From Malacoraja senta (taxonomy: Eukaryota), in NCBI GenBank assembly GCA_038087875.1, contig JAXLNO010000571.1:188001-252000 (forward strand): a stretch of DNA of 64,000 nt. Direction: 5' to 3'. A program made the translations under genes and the position numbers. Below are positions 1-14,485 of this stretch, piece after piece (positions within the stretch are counted from its first letter, which is position 1; each line of letters starts with the position of its first letter). A model generated the notes under the pieces. It was not told where the DNA came from, did not search any database, and was given only the letters and a program-made list of their open reading frames with translations.

Positions 1-366
1 TCTCCTGCCTTTCTCCCCAAATCCCCTGACTCCGCTATCTTTAAGAGCTCTAACTCTCTCTTGAAAGCATCCAGAGAATTGGCTTCCACTGCCTTCTGAG
101 GCAGAGAATTCCACAGATTCACAACCCTCTGTGAAAAAGTTTTCCCTCATCTCCGTTCTAAATGGCTTACCCTTTATTCTTAAACTGTGGCCCCTGGCTC
201 TGGACCCCAACATCAGGAACATGTTTCCTGCCTCTAGTGTGTCCAAACACTTAATAATCTTATATGTTTCAATAAGATCCCTCTCATCCTTGTAAATTCC
301 AGAGTACATAAGCCCAGCCGCTCCATTCGATCAACATACGACAGTCCCGCCATCCCGGGAATTAAC
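1..366 (-). mobile_element. CR1-type LINE 3' fragment
   Basis: Homologous to the RT C-terminal/3'UTR part of the copies at 15943-16764 and 46012-47052. Confidence 0.85.
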
Positions 367-798
367 CAGGATGGTTTCATTGATTTGGGTGCAGCTTTTC
401 ATCTGGTTGATTATTTGGCTTAATTGGTTCAAAGATCTTAAGGAATTAGAGACCATTAACTAATAGTTAGTCAACTATTGGTTAAGCAAATTTATTTGAT
501 TGCCCCATCAAGATTTTAATTGAATTTTGCAAAAATTGAAGCCTTCTAGAATATAATGTACTATGCACATGGGTGAACAAAAGCTGAGGCCCCTTTTGAT
601 TTTTGATCCACTGACTGGAGAATTCTTCAGTTGCCTAGTCCAACTTGAAAGGTGGTGGAGAAACTGTCCTGTTCAAAATGGGGGGGAAAGATTGGTAAGA
701 AAACTGGCTGCGTACCCAAGATTCTCAGAGGAGTATACAACATTTGATGTCCCCTTGCTGCAGTTTGTTACCTCAGCTCATAAATTTAAGCCAGACTA

Positions 799-1008
<210 letters not shown>

Positions 1009-3780
1009 CTAGGAAGGATAAAAGTTACTTTAACAAAATGATTCGTAAGACATTTTTCATACACAGATCAATCAAATATTTTCATACTTTAAACCTTAGT
1101 TGTTCTTTAAAGGTGCTCTGCAAAATTAAAATGTAAACCAAAACACAACATGATTACTTAAATCATTCTTTACTTCAACTGGCTTTGTACATCTTGAACA
1201 GATTTTTGGCAGGTTGCCAATTTAGAAAGGCTATACGAATCATTGTAATGCAAGTAAATTGTTACCACCTCAAAATACTGAACTTGCAGCCTATTTATAA
1301 ACTTTGCTGGTTACAAAATAAAAATTCCAAATGTATTCTAAAACTAAATAATTAAAATATCACGATAATGCTAAGAGTACAGAGACAAAATTCTGAAATC
1401 ACTGACACCGTTCTAGGCGGCAGCTTGCCACCACCTTCTCAAGGGCAATTAGGGTTGAGCAATTACATTTGGCTCAGCTTGAATAGAAAGTGGCCACTCA
1501 AAATGAAAAGCCTCTCATTCTGAAATCCAGTCTGCAAATCCACTGAATGGTTCCCCAAGGTGACAAATGGAGAAACAACTGCCTCCTGCAGATCTTAATG
1601 GATAGGTTGATGTCATCTTTTCCATGGTTTGGTACCATATTTTTTGTTAAGGCCACAGAGGATCTAGTGTGGATGTTACGTCTTACAAGCTCTCTACAAT
1701 ATTACCATTCCAAGATGTGAAAAGTCTTTGGAGCAAATCCAGAGATTCAATGATTAGAAAACCACCGGCTAAAATTTGTTAGCATGGAGGACACTATTTT
1801 TCCAAGACATGGAAAAAGAAATCAGTTGAGATTCAATTTAGCCGAGAGTCATTTTTCCACATTGGTCATTAAATTGTACAGATTCACAGAATGGAAAAAA
1901 AAAATCAAGATAGCACAAAAATATCTTAACCAACAAATCAAGAAACCATAAATGAGACGTTTCCATGCTGAATGGAGCTGGAGGGGAAAGGGAAAGTTAA
2001 ACACAGGAGTCGTGATCATTTCACAAAAGCCATGTTCTAAATACATCCTATTTTAGACCACGTATTTTAAAAATAAATGTTTCCAACTTTGAAAATACCA
2101 ATTAATGAAAATAATGAACAAATTCATTTCTACTAGAAAAATAAATGCTGGGAATTAAACAACATTGAGAGAATAATTTGGAAAAGCTGCATTTGACTAA
2201 CTTTTCAGGTCAATAACCTGAAATCAAAGCTGATTTTGAACATTTTGTTAAAAGGTTATTGGCCACAAAAAAAAACATTTCTCATGACAGATGTTGCCTA
2301 GCCTGTTAAATATTTCCAGAATTTTGTTTAGCCAATGAAGTTCACATAGATAATGCTCAAAAGCACCAAACTGCAATCAAGAGACTAAAAAATAAACAGA
2401 ACCCTTGTAACACAAAGTATCACTGGATATATATATTTTTCAAATCTATGGAATCGGGCAACAACACTATTCAATACAATCTACATTGATAAAATCTTCA
2501 ACATAAAATACATCAAAATACTTTGCAGTAGAGTTGAATATGATTTAGCATGAACATGACTGTTGAAGGCATAAAGGTGGGTGAAGGAAACCAGTGTCAA
2601 GTGGAGGAATGAAATTTGAATTAAAATGCATAAAACTCGTTGCTAAAAAAAATGTTAGTATTGTATTATGTGACTTTGCTGATGGAAGGTCAAAACTTGA
2701 CAGATGCAGTATCTGGAAAAATGCTTGACATTTCACAGAACAGTGTGCAACATTAACAGACCCTTCAGTCCAAATATCTGCACCAAACATGAGGCCAAGT
2801 TAAATCATTCTCCTCTGCCTGCATGTGATCCATATTCCTTCCTTCTCTGCCTATTCATGTGCCTACAAACGCCACTATCATAACTGCTTCCGCCACTACC
2901 CCTAGCAGCACATTTCCAGGTACCAATCTCTCCATGTGATAAACAAACTTGCCATGCACATCTCATTTAAATTTGATTGAGGCAATCGAATTACAAAGTC
3001 AGGATTTGACATTAGCAAAATTAGTCTTAATAAATTGTAATAAAAAATTGAAATTTTAAGGGCAAAAACCTCAAAATACTTGCACAGAAATTCATTACTT
3101 AAGAGCTCAGAAAGATGTAGCGTTTTCACATATTTTCTAATGATAGAAAATGTCAGCCCATTGAGTACACGCTGGCTCACAAAGCAACCCCGATCTCCCA
3201 ACTTTACCTGCAGGATTCTTATCAATTCCTCCAAATTCTACCACTCATGTTCACGGAGGTTAATTTAAAGTGACCTACTAACCTATGTAATTTACAATAG
3301 TGGAAAGAGTTTATCTGGATTCATTTTAGGAAAACGAAAAGATTACAAAAGATAACTTGCAAGGGAAGTAATGAGACATTTGGGTGTAGTAATCTTGTCT
3401 CAATTGCATCTCCAAAGCTGTTGATGCAAAACTAAAAGAAATCCAGAGAAAAATCAGAAGTATCTAGGGTGCCTAGCTATCGGGAAAGCAGTGACAATAG
3501 CTCCCAACATATTTTCAGCAAGCAATTTTTGTCTATTAAGCGAGTCAGGGACAATCACTGGAATTACTTGGCATTTTAGACCTCCAAAAAAAACAATTGT
3601 GTGGAAGCAATGCCAGTCAGGTCACTCTTCAAACAGTAAAATGTAATTTTACATGAGGGCATGGGAAAGCAGGTCAGGAGGTATCATTTGTTTAAAATAT
3701 TAATTTACTCATAACTTTGGCATGAGAATAAAAGGTAACAAAGGGACGAGGATGATTGTGACATCTTTGCAACTGGTCTA

Positions 3781-3882
<102 letters not shown>

Positions 3883-3970
3883 CTATCATAATAAAATTAA
3901 GCAAAACAATTTAATATATGAATAATCACTGGAAAATGTTTGATCAACTCTACCAGTGTAAAATACTTAC

Positions 3971-4006
3971 AATGTCAAAGTTGTGCTCCATTTGCAACAA
4001 AGTTAT
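3971..4006 (-). CDS. TRIP12: TRIP12 36-nt exon (ITLLQMEHNFDI)
   Basis: TTATAG|...ATT|GTAAGT; exact TRIP12 peptide; followed by an 88-nt intron. Confidence 0.97.
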
Positions 4007-4574
4007 CTATAAAGAAATAAGGAAAGTTATTAACAATGATAATTGATGTATATATTTCAAAGGTCAAGGGCATACACAAAATTAGAAACTGAATGAAATG
4101 GTGAATGCAGAAGCAGTAAAAACATTAGGCTATTTAACCCAAGACTGCTCCACCTTTCAATGAAACAGTGATCTAACTCCATATACTTTAACAAGAAACT
4201 CAAGACTTAAAAATAACAGTTGACCTTCCAAATTTTGCCTATGAGAAGTGCTACAAATTCATATCAACCTGCATCCTCTCCATGTAGAAATGGTTTCTAA
4301 CATGGAGCTTAAAAACTGCATACCATTTCCGATCAAAGTTTAGAAGATTTGTATTTCTAACAAAAACTCATTGCTGCAGTTGCTTCACTTTGTTATCTCA
4401 ACTATGCGCAACAATAATAACACACATACTTGGTAGTTCCCACCCACTGTTAAAACCAGAGATAGTCATGCTTAGAGCTTTGACAACATGTGGTTTGTTC
4501 AGTCAACTCAATGATACATTGTTAAAAGACCAAATGCCAGATAAAAAACAAAATTCACATAGGGTCTCCAACTT

Positions 4575-4772
4575 AATATAGATACACATGAAAATTACCC
4601 CTCTGTATAACTAAAATGTCAAGAATCAAATACATCCATTGGTTCGGGCTTCAGGTGATACTAGTGCCCTGAACTGAAATTAGAAAATCCTTCCTGGAAC
4701 TCACGTTATTTTAAAGTAGAATGTTATGGAAATTGAAAATATCGCAGCAATCCAGCTTTTGAGCGTAAAATT
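4575..4772 (+). repeat. 198-bp direct repeat, copy 1
   Basis: Identical by inspection to 6028-6225. Confidence 0.95.
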
Positions 4773-4796
4773 AGACATTTTATTTAAGATTCCTAC

Positions 4797-4948
4797 CAAA
4801 GCTGGGACAACACTCTTCACTGGAAATCCTCCCAGAGTTTCTTCATTTCCCATTACCAATAACTGGCACATTTCGATAACTGCTTGAAGTTGCTGGCTCT
4901 CATCTCCAGTAGCCTGTAGACCCTGTAGAAGCTGCTGTGCCTTGGAAC
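4797..4948 (-). CDS. TRIP12: TRIP12 exon, start of ARM region ([51 protein letters not shown])
   Basis: 152 nt, TTTAAG|...TTG|GTAGGA, phase 1 to 0. Confidence 0.98.
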
Positions 4949-5574
4949 CTTAAAAATAAAATGAAGTTCAACTCCAACGGTGTAAATTAATTACTATTAA
5001 AGCTGCATTTTGTTGCCACCACAACATCACTGTTCAACAAGATCAAAGTCCGACAATAGTTCAGATTAGCTATGCCGACGAGGCCGAAAAATGTAATATC
5101 AACTGTAATAAATTTTTCAACTGCCCAGACTGAAATGAAACTAAAAGTCTATCACTGTTGAACTATGTCCAGAAATTTGGAATAAACTCCATTAAAGCAG
5201 ACAAAATAATGTAAAAAGTTTCAAATTGAAATTAGCAATTCCAATTCCAAAATATATAAATTCTCGACAAAAACTAAAAATTTAATCTGCAAACTTTGTA
5301 CATTTTATTGAAAGCATAGCTGGCGTGCAAATTGGATGGTGTTAAAGAAATCGCATTAGCAAGAATATGTACATTCTTCGACTGAACACCATGGTATATT
5401 ATTGCAGCAAACTAAAATTTGACTCATGACAATTATTGACCCAAGATTAATTAAGGCAGAGACTTGACATTCAGAAAGGATTGTTCATCCATACAAACAT
5501 CAAAATTACAACATTTTATAAGTTTAACTGACAAATGTAAGTTCAATGATTCTATGACTTGTATATCTACATTA

Positions 5575-5712
<138 letters not shown>

Positions 5713-6027
5713 TTAAGTACAATAGTGTTCAGTTCACTGGGAACTCTAGAATTACAAACTATTTTGATTTTTATTGGAAGTGTATAGTTCAGCAAGTTTC
5801 TACGGGTAAGCCCAGAAATCTGTAGGAATACGTCCTTGCCATTGATGGATGGTAAGCATACTATACTTACCAAGTAGTGCAAAATAATTCCCATCTGGTT
5901 TGCACATACAGTTATCAACACATAACCAGCAACACCAGCCCAAGTTAGTATTACATGCACCAAAACAGAAACTACTTCACTTTTGGGAGAAGGTAACAAA
6001 GTGTGAAAACACAGATTTAAAAATGTC

Positions 6028-6225
6028 AATATAGATACACATGAAAATTACCCCTCTGTATAACTAAAATGTCAAGAATCAAATACATCCATTGGTTCGG
6101 GCTTCAGGTGATACTAGTGCCCTGAACTGAAATTAGAAAATCCTTCCTGGAACTCACGTTATTTTAAAGTAGAATGTTATGGAAATTGAAAATATCGCAG
6201 CAATCCAGCTTTTGAGCGTAAAATT
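6028..6225 (+). repeat. 198-bp direct repeat, copy 2
   Basis: Identical by inspection to 4575-4772. Confidence 0.95.
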
Positions 6226-6369
6226 GGGGAAAAACCTATATTTAATATTTTAAACTTCATTGTGAGCCTGCCCGAAGAGAATAACAGTGTCTTCACCACA
6301 AGAATCTTTAAAAAGCAACTCAAATGTTGTATCAAAGTTTTTGGCCCAAGATCTGGTGTGATAAGAGTT

Positions 6370-6924
6370 AAATCAAGAGTCAAGAGTGTTATATTGTCAT
6401 ATTCCCAGATAGAACAATGAAATTCATACTTGCTGCAGCACAACAGAATATGTAATCATAATAAATAATAACAAAAATAATAATAATAAGTATTGTAATT
6501 CATAGCTTATGAGGTTGTAGTGTTTAATAGCCTGATGGTTGTAGGGAAGAAGCTGTTCCTGAACCCGGAACGTTACAGTTCTCAGGCTCCTGTACCTTCT
6601 TCCTGATGGCAGTGGTGAGATTAGTGTGTGGCCAGGATGGTGTGGGTCTTTGATGATGCTGGCTGCCGAGCTGTAGTCTATAAACAACATCCTGACGTAA
6701 GTGTTTTTATTGTCCAAGTGGTCCAGTGCGGAGTGGATAGCCAGTGAGATGGCATCGTCCGTGGACGTATTGTGACGGTAGGCGAACTGTAGTGGGTCGA
6801 GGTTCTTATTGAGGTAGTGGTTGATATGCCCCATAACCAACCTCTCAAAGCACTTCATCACCACGGATGTTAGTGCCACTGGTCGATAGTCATTGAGGCA
6901 CATCACCTTACTCTTCTTGGGCAT
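6370..6924 (-). mobile_element. Rex1/Babar-type LINE fragment, internally deleted RT
   Basis: ORF with [31 protein letters not shown] and [12 protein letters not shown] joined directly to the C-terminal [10 protein letters not shown]...LPSGRRYRS. Confidence 0.85.
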
Positions 6925-7542
6925 AAAATGCTCTACAGAGAGACTAATGAGTTCCCATTACCAGAGGAATGAAATTCTGTTGCAACTCTGTTCTGATTTG
7001 TTCCCCTTTTTGATGGTAGCACAAGTCAGGTAAGTTGCTGCTAAATGTGAAATCATTACATCCTCAGGTAAAATTAGCTTTATGATCCGATTTCGATTCA
7101 GAATTAAAAAATTAAATAGTCAGCTTGACACGCAGATAGCAAATTTGAAAATATCTTCCACCGTCCAAGCTTATTAGATTGAGACACTTCAGACCAAATT
7201 CCGAAACAATTGTCTTTGCATCAACAGATAAACTTTGACCATAAAATGCCAAATCCAAAGAGGCTGGCTATTATATAATGACATTTCTCTTTCGTATCGA
7301 CAGCCTTTCCCACATTTCATGGGCTCTAATCCTATTTTCATGCACAGCTATTGTATTCCAAAAACATTTCAAACTGAACCATTTGGATATGGCACCTCTA
7401 CCCAAAAGATGTGTAAAGCATTCTCTACACCTAAAATGTACTCACATTGATGGTATGGCATTTTCCGGCTTCACATTAAGTAAATTTATTTAAATATTTG
7501 ATGCAAAGCTTTATTAATACATGGTGTCGAGGGATTTCTTAC

Positions 7543-7626
7543 CTTGTAATCGGCCCATCTCCGAATCATCTGACTCGCTCTCTCCAGAGGTTGGCATTCC
7601 AACGGCACCGGCAACAGAACTAGAGG
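7543..7626 (-). CDS. TRIP12: TRIP12 exon (ASSSVAGAVGMPTSGESESDDSEMGRLQ)
   Basis: 84 nt, TTGCAG|...AAG|GTAAGA; conserved GESESDDSEMGRLQ. Confidence 0.97.
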
Positions 7627-8056
7627 CTGCAATTAACAAAACAGTCATTACATTTTGTTGATGAAATCTTCACTATAATTGAAGTTATAAATAATGCTCA
7701 GTTCATTGGAGACTCCATTACAACATTTCAGAGAATGAATACAGATTGCACACGGGCAACAATCTTTGCCATTTTTTCTCAGTTTGATTCTCCAACTGGA
7801 TGCAATAATTCTTCAAATTTTAAAATGTATTAAGTTTTAAACACCAAATACCCAACCAGAGACAAGTATCATTATATATTCAATATTTAACTATTTCGCT
7901 GACAAAGTAAATTGTAAATCATTACCGCAAGCCCCTGGTAATACCCTGAATATTTCAGCAAACAGTACTGTTAACAGCTTGGCCAGAAAACAGTTGATCA
8001 CAGAAGTTGATCCATTGCTTGTGATTATCTTCCAGTACAGGAACAACCACCCCAAA

Positions 8057-10265
8057 ATACATAGTTCCCCCATTTCAGGGCACCATAATGTTTGGGACAC
8101 AGCAACATCATGTAAATGAAAGTAGTCATGTTTAGTATTTTGTTGCATATCATTTGCATGCAATGACTGCTTGAAGTCTGCAATTCATGGACATCACCAG
8201 TTGCTGGGTGTCTTCTCTGGTGATGCTCTGCCAGCAGAGCTGCCAACTTTTGTCAGAGCATTTCAGTATTCTAGTACCTGAAAATCACAATTCTGCTGAG
8301 GAAATCAGTATTTTTACGCAATTCCATTTTGCTGAAAAAAGTGTTATTTTTTATGTGCGGTCATACCCATGTAAGAGTACAAGAATGCATAACTTTGCTA
8401 CCAATTGACATGTCATCTACGTACCCTATTTGACAGTGCATTCATTGCCATCTCTTTGTATACTGCTCTTTGAACAGCTGCTTCCTGCTTTTAGCACCAG
8501 ATGATGATGTAGAAGCCATTTTGGAAACCTCCCTCTCCCTCTCTCCCTCCGTTTCCCTCCCACCCTCCCTCTCACTTTCACTCTCCTTCCTTTATTTCTC
8601 CCTCCCTCTCTTATTCCCTCCCTACAACTCCCTCTCTCCTTCCCCTTCTCCCTCCCCTAACAGTCTGTGACCCATAGCGCTGTAGCCAAAGTGCTATGTG
8701 TAAAGCGCTCCAGAACCCATAGCGCTGTTCATTTAAATTCCCACATGTTAAACTGACAGCGCTGTTTAAACCTGGAGCGGGACAGGCAGATCAAAGCTTC
8801 CAGATCTTGAAATTTAATATACTAATGGATTTAATCTGCTATAATTATTAGTTACAGTATGACTTTTTATATCCTTGCATTTTCTAAGCAGCAAGATGAA
8901 ATAGGACATCGGGCTGATTTTTAAAAAATCCATATTTTACAAAGCAAATCCGTATTCTGATCGCATTTCCGTACAAAATACGGAAAATCCGTACTACTTG
9001 GCAGTTCTGTGCCAGGGCTGTATTGCAGCCATCTTTAGCTTATGTTTGTTTTGGGGGATAGTCCCCTTCAGTTTTATCTTCAGCATATAAAAGGCATGCT
9101 CAATTGGGTTCAGATCGGGTGAATGACTTGGCCACTCAAGAATTGACAATTTTTTAGCTTTGTAAAACTCTTTTGTTGCTTTAGCAGTATGTTTGGGATC
9201 ATTGTCTTGCTGTAGCATGAACCGCCGGCCAATGAGTTTTTGAGACATTTGTTTCAACTTGAGCAGATAGGATGTGTCTGTACACTTCAGAATTCATTAT
9301 GCCACTACCATCAGCAGTTGCACCAATGAAGATAAGTGAGCCAGTACCTTCAGCAGCCATACATTCCCAAGCCATAACATCCCCATCACCGTCTTTCACA
9401 GATGAGGTGGTATTGCTTTGGATCTTGGGCAGTTTCATCTCTCCTCCATAATTTGCTCTTGCCATCACTCTGATATAAGTTAATTTTCGTCTCCTCTGTC
9501 CACAAGACCTTTTTCCAGAACTGTGGTTGCTCTTTTAAGTACATCTTGGCAACCTGTAACCTGGCCATCCTATCTTTGCAGCTAACCAGTTGTTTACATC
9601 TTGCAGTGTAGCCTCTGTATTTCTGTTCATGAAGTCTTCTGCACACAGTGGTCATTGACAAATCCACACCCGACTCCTGAAGAGTGTTCTGATCTGTCGG
9701 ACAGGTATTTGGTTTTTTTTCTTTATTATATTCTTCTATCATCAGCTGTGGAGGTCTTCCTTGGCTTGCCGGTCCCTTTGCAAATAGTAAGCTCACCTTG
9801 ATGGTGTTCCATACAGTTGATTTTGGTAAGCCTAAAGTTTGGCTGATGTCTCTAACAGTTTTATTCTTGTTTCAGTCTCATAATGGCTTCTTTGACTTTC
9901 ATTGGCACAACTTTGGTCCTCATGTTGATAATTGATAAACAGCAATAAAAGTTTCCAAAGGTGATGGAAGGACTGGAGGAAAGACTAGGTGCTGAGACCT
10001 CTTATACCTGCATTAAGGAGGCAATGAATCACACCGAGCAATTACAAACAGCTGTGAAGCCATGTGTCCCAAACATTATGGTGCCCTGAAATGGGGGGAC
10101 TATGTATAAACACAGCTGTAATTTCTACATGTGGCCTTTAATAAAATCTGACAATGTGCACTTTAACCACATGTGATTTTTTTCTATTGCAAATCTCAAA
10201 TTGTGGAGTACAGAGGGAAATAAATAAATGATGGGTCTTTGTCCCAAACATTATGGATGGCACTG
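8057..10265 (-). mobile_element. Tc1 (DD34E) transposon relic, IR/DR type, interrupted by a nested element at 8235-9009
   Basis: Fragmented transposase (KVLWTEETK, QQDNDPKH, then 34 aa to the E of SPDLNPIE). ~200-bp terminal repeat with TCCCAAACATTATGG direct repeats, ending CACTG|TA at 10265; other end truncated. Confidence 0.93.
8235..9009. mobile_element. Non-autonomous TIR element (775 bp), copy 1, 6-bp TSD TGCCAG
   Basis: Ends CAGAGCTGCCAA...TTGGCAGTTCTG; TGCCAG at 8229-8234 and 9010-9015; internal CT-rich tract. Confidence 0.9.
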
Positions 10266-10835
10266 TAAATACTTGAAAAATGAGCCAGAAGAACTTTCTG
10301 GCTCGTAAAAGATGCAACTCCTGTTCAAGAGAAAACTATATAGAACCAAAATATGAAAAATATGGTCCTCTGAAAATATTTAATTGAAGTTGATGTTAAC
10401 ATGCAACACACCAACATCAAAATGAAATCATTTCATCGAGCCACAGTGCAGTAATGATCAAGATTTATACTGGCTCAAAATGGCATTATTGCTTGGTAAT
10501 GGCACTTACTAGTTCCAAATGTCTTATAACCTATGATGGACCAAGAATCAAGACATCCAATGGAAATCTACAGGTAGATTTGTTTTTTGGGTTAAATGCA
10601 CAGATCCAACGAGTCAAGAATTTTCAGGCACTAAGAAGATCAAACATAATTTAGCAACAGTCTAAAAATGTTCAAAAGCATACGAGACTGTCACACTCCA
10701 TTTAAAGAAAACCAAGAATTATCCTGAATATTATGCACAGGCTTCTGAATTTTTGATTTAGAAATTAGGGTTTCCTTTTATGTCGAGACCGATTTGGATT
10801 CATTCGTCAGTACCCGCCACCAATAAAGTTCTTAC

Positions 10836-10969
10836 CCGATGCTCCTTGAGGTACGTCTTCTGTGCGTGCAGAAGAATTTGCTCCATCCTGGTTGTTATCA
10901 GGATCTGCCATCTTCTCCTGTCGGCGAGCCTCAGATGCTCCTCTTTTGCCCAGGCCAGAGCCTCGCCGA
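10836..10969 (-). CDS. TRIP12: TRIP12 exon ([44 protein letters not shown])
   Basis: 134 nt, CCAG|...G|GTAAGA, phase 2 to 1. Confidence 0.97.
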
Positions 10970-13658
10970 CTGGTTGTGTGGAAGAGAGAAAATAAAGTCA
11001 ATTAAATTCTGAACTGCAAACATCTCTGGAATTAAGTTGGTTCTGATACAGATCATTATGTCTTAAATTCACACAACAGCAGATTTAGTAATTCAACACC
11101 TCAAAAGGAAATTGATAGGACAGTGAAGCACTGCAGACCAATCTGTTAATAATGCTCATATGGGATATTATCAAAGTGGACTACTATTCTCACTTGGGAT
11201 GCCCCAAGGTTTTTCTAGCCAAGTCATTTAAATTCAACCACTAGTGTAGAAAATGTGACATCTAATTTGCATACTATGCTTCTGCAGACAGCAGTAGTAA
11301 GGACAAGATCATCTTTTCAAACTGCTGCTGGTTGGGGGAGTAAATAGGAATAACTGAGTCATTGGGACTTTTCCTTTGCCTTTCAAAGTAGCATTTAGTC
11401 CCGACCTGAAACGTTGTCTGTTCATTTCCCTAGATGTTGCCTGACCCCATAGATCCGCATAGCTGTGTGTTTTTTGCTCAAGATTCCAGCATCTGTAGCC
11501 TCCTGCATCGAGAATTTGCTGAAGTATTTCATATAGTGAAAAGGGGCCACCTTCTTGATGCAATATCAACCTTTGAGGCCATACACATAAGAATTCTTAG
11601 TTGCATGATCTCCTTTCAGTTCTGGTCAAGGCTAGTTTACAAGTTATAAGCAAGCTGTTCATATTCACTGTGGTCCTCCCATTGCAAACAATTTAACCAT
11701 TGATAGCTAACACAGCACTCCAAATACATTAGTCATGGCTTTTCACACTTCTTGGAGACCTGGATGTCGGGATTCAAGACCAATTCGTTAAATTATTTTT
11801 TCTCCCTCATTTATCGATTTTAAATAATTAAAAAGTGCCAAGTTTCATTTGTCTTCCTGGTCTAAATTCTGTAACATTTTGGAACTGTACTAACATGACC
11901 TCTTGTCATTCTAGATTACATAACGCGCTTTGGCAATGCAGCTCGTCAACAGCAGATGCAAACTGGCAAGCTCTGTACACAAAGAATCCAACTGCCCAAT
12001 ATTGATTACATCCAAGATAGTTTATAATAGATGTTGAATATTTAACATTGTCAAAACGTTTTGCAAGTAAACATGCAAATATTCAGCATAGTTTGATTTT
12101 GACCTCACAATTGATTGTTGGTTTTCTTACACCACAAAAATAGAAATCCAGTCGTAGGCATTTAGCTCCTTGTTCATTCTTTGGTATTAAACCCGCAGCT
12201 GATTTTTTTTTTTACCTCAGCACTGCGTTTCTCTACTAAACACATAGCCCCATTCCTTTAATAGCTAAAAAACTAGACTTTTATCTTGAACATTGAGCAA
12301 CTAATCCACCACAACCCAGTTGGATAGAGATTTTCAGAGACTCATTACTATCTGAATGAAGATTTTACCAGTGAGTGCAGAAAAAACATCACCTCCCCTG
12401 CCAAGCCCCAACAAACTTTGAACATTTCGAAGATATTGTCTATCATTCTTTCAAAATTTGAGTATAGGCACAGCCCACATCATCTCTCTGCATAAGACCA
12501 ACAAATATGTCAGAAAATAATCAACCAAATTAACACTGCATGGCTTTTGTCACAAGTAAATTCTTCTTAAGGAAGAAAAAAGTAACTCAAATCGAAACAA
12601 AAATGCTTAAAATATTCTTATAGCAGCTGTGGAGTAGCTCTGGTCAACGTTCTTTAACGTGGTGCAACTGCGCCTGCTGCATCTGCATCCACCACCCCAG
12701 GACCTCGCTTTGTGGCAGCTGCACAAACCCATGCCCAATGCAATGCTCTTCAAGAGTCTTTTGCTGCTCGTTCTCTCCCTGCCTCTGCACTGCACTCTGC
12801 CTATCAACCGCCACCACAAACAAACACCTTCTGTTTTATATAGAAGTCCATTGCAGCGCGGGTTTACTATACGGTGCAATCCTGACAGCTGATAAGTTCA
12901 ACTTTCATCGTAACATTTATTTATTTTTCCTTTCCAATCACGAATTTAAGCGCCTAAATGGAATCCTCCAAATCATACAACATTCAACACAAATATTACA
13001 TCTAAGAAATTTATTGTAACTTGAGATTAAGTCATCTATTTCAATATCGCTGGAAACTTGTGTAACTTTTTAGTAACTTGTGTTGAAAGATTAATTTTAT
13101 TTTCATGAAATCAGTAAAGTTAATGTATGATGCTTTTCTCCTTGTTCTCATCATCTCCACACCTTCCACTGACCCATTTGAAATGTTTACAATCTACATA
13201 TCATTTAAATGCAGTTTGGGGCCAACATGGGCTTTTTTTTTTGGAACTGCAAAATGGTTAGGAGGACATTAATCAAGACTAAACTTGCTCGTGACTCCAA
13301 AATTACTAATGCTATTACAAGTATTGCAAATCCACGATGGAGATAAATTTGGCCTGAAGAGTGTTGAACAAAAACTCTGGTGGTAAAATTAATTAATACA
13401 GAATCTCAAATTAAAAAATATAATTCCATTGGATAATCCATGGGAAATCTCATCATCAAACCAATTCAGATATTTTGATAATAGCACCCAATAGTCAAAT
13501 AACAGTAGAAAACACATTAAATAACCCCATTTTTCATTTAGTTAACGAGTCTCAAGAGATTGAAATCAAGTGATTTCAGGAATAGGAAAAAAAAATCTTA
13601 CCATCAAAATTATAGCACTGAACTAATTCAAACTAAACCTTTATTTTTAAAGCAATTA

Positions 13659-13775
<117 letters not shown>

Positions 13776-14485
13776 TCAACAGTACAGGGTACATGTTTAT
13801 TTCTAATATCCAAATGTAATTATATTCAAACGATAAAACCCTTTTAAAGGTTTTTCTTTCTGAAATATTTCAGTTTTATTTGTGCATTTGCTAGTTTCAC
13901 AATTTAATGCAGATCTGAGAATTATTTAAGGTTAATCCCTGTGGCACTATTTTCCATAGAAAACAGAATACCAACTTCCATTTTCAAATTAAACTTATCT
14001 AAACTTAAAAACCAAGATAAATGCTCAGATTCAATGTTACTTGGCATATTAGCCACATGAACCAAGAACAGGAACGTAACTGATTGCAGAAGAAATGTTG
14101 CTACTTTGGACAGGGATCGTAAATTATCCACCTCTCTTCATGCTCCACACTAATTTGTGTAGGATTACAGGTCTAATAACAATTCCTGAAAAAAATGTCC
14201 TAATATATAATGCAAGTGCAATTTATTTGCCACAGAAAATTACCAGTGGCATCGCATGGAAGAATATTGCAATTTTGCTTCAAATACAGGAGTATAAGTA
14301 CAAGAATTACATTTCATACCTGTAAATTTGATTATGAATTAGTATTTGCATAAAAGTTATTTTTTCTCACAATTTAAATTATTAAGTATTTCAGTATCAT
14401 AATGATCTGTTTATATTAACGAGATAACTTCTTAAGAAAAACAGTTTCTGAATTTGTATAACAAAACACAATTTCAACCACTCAC

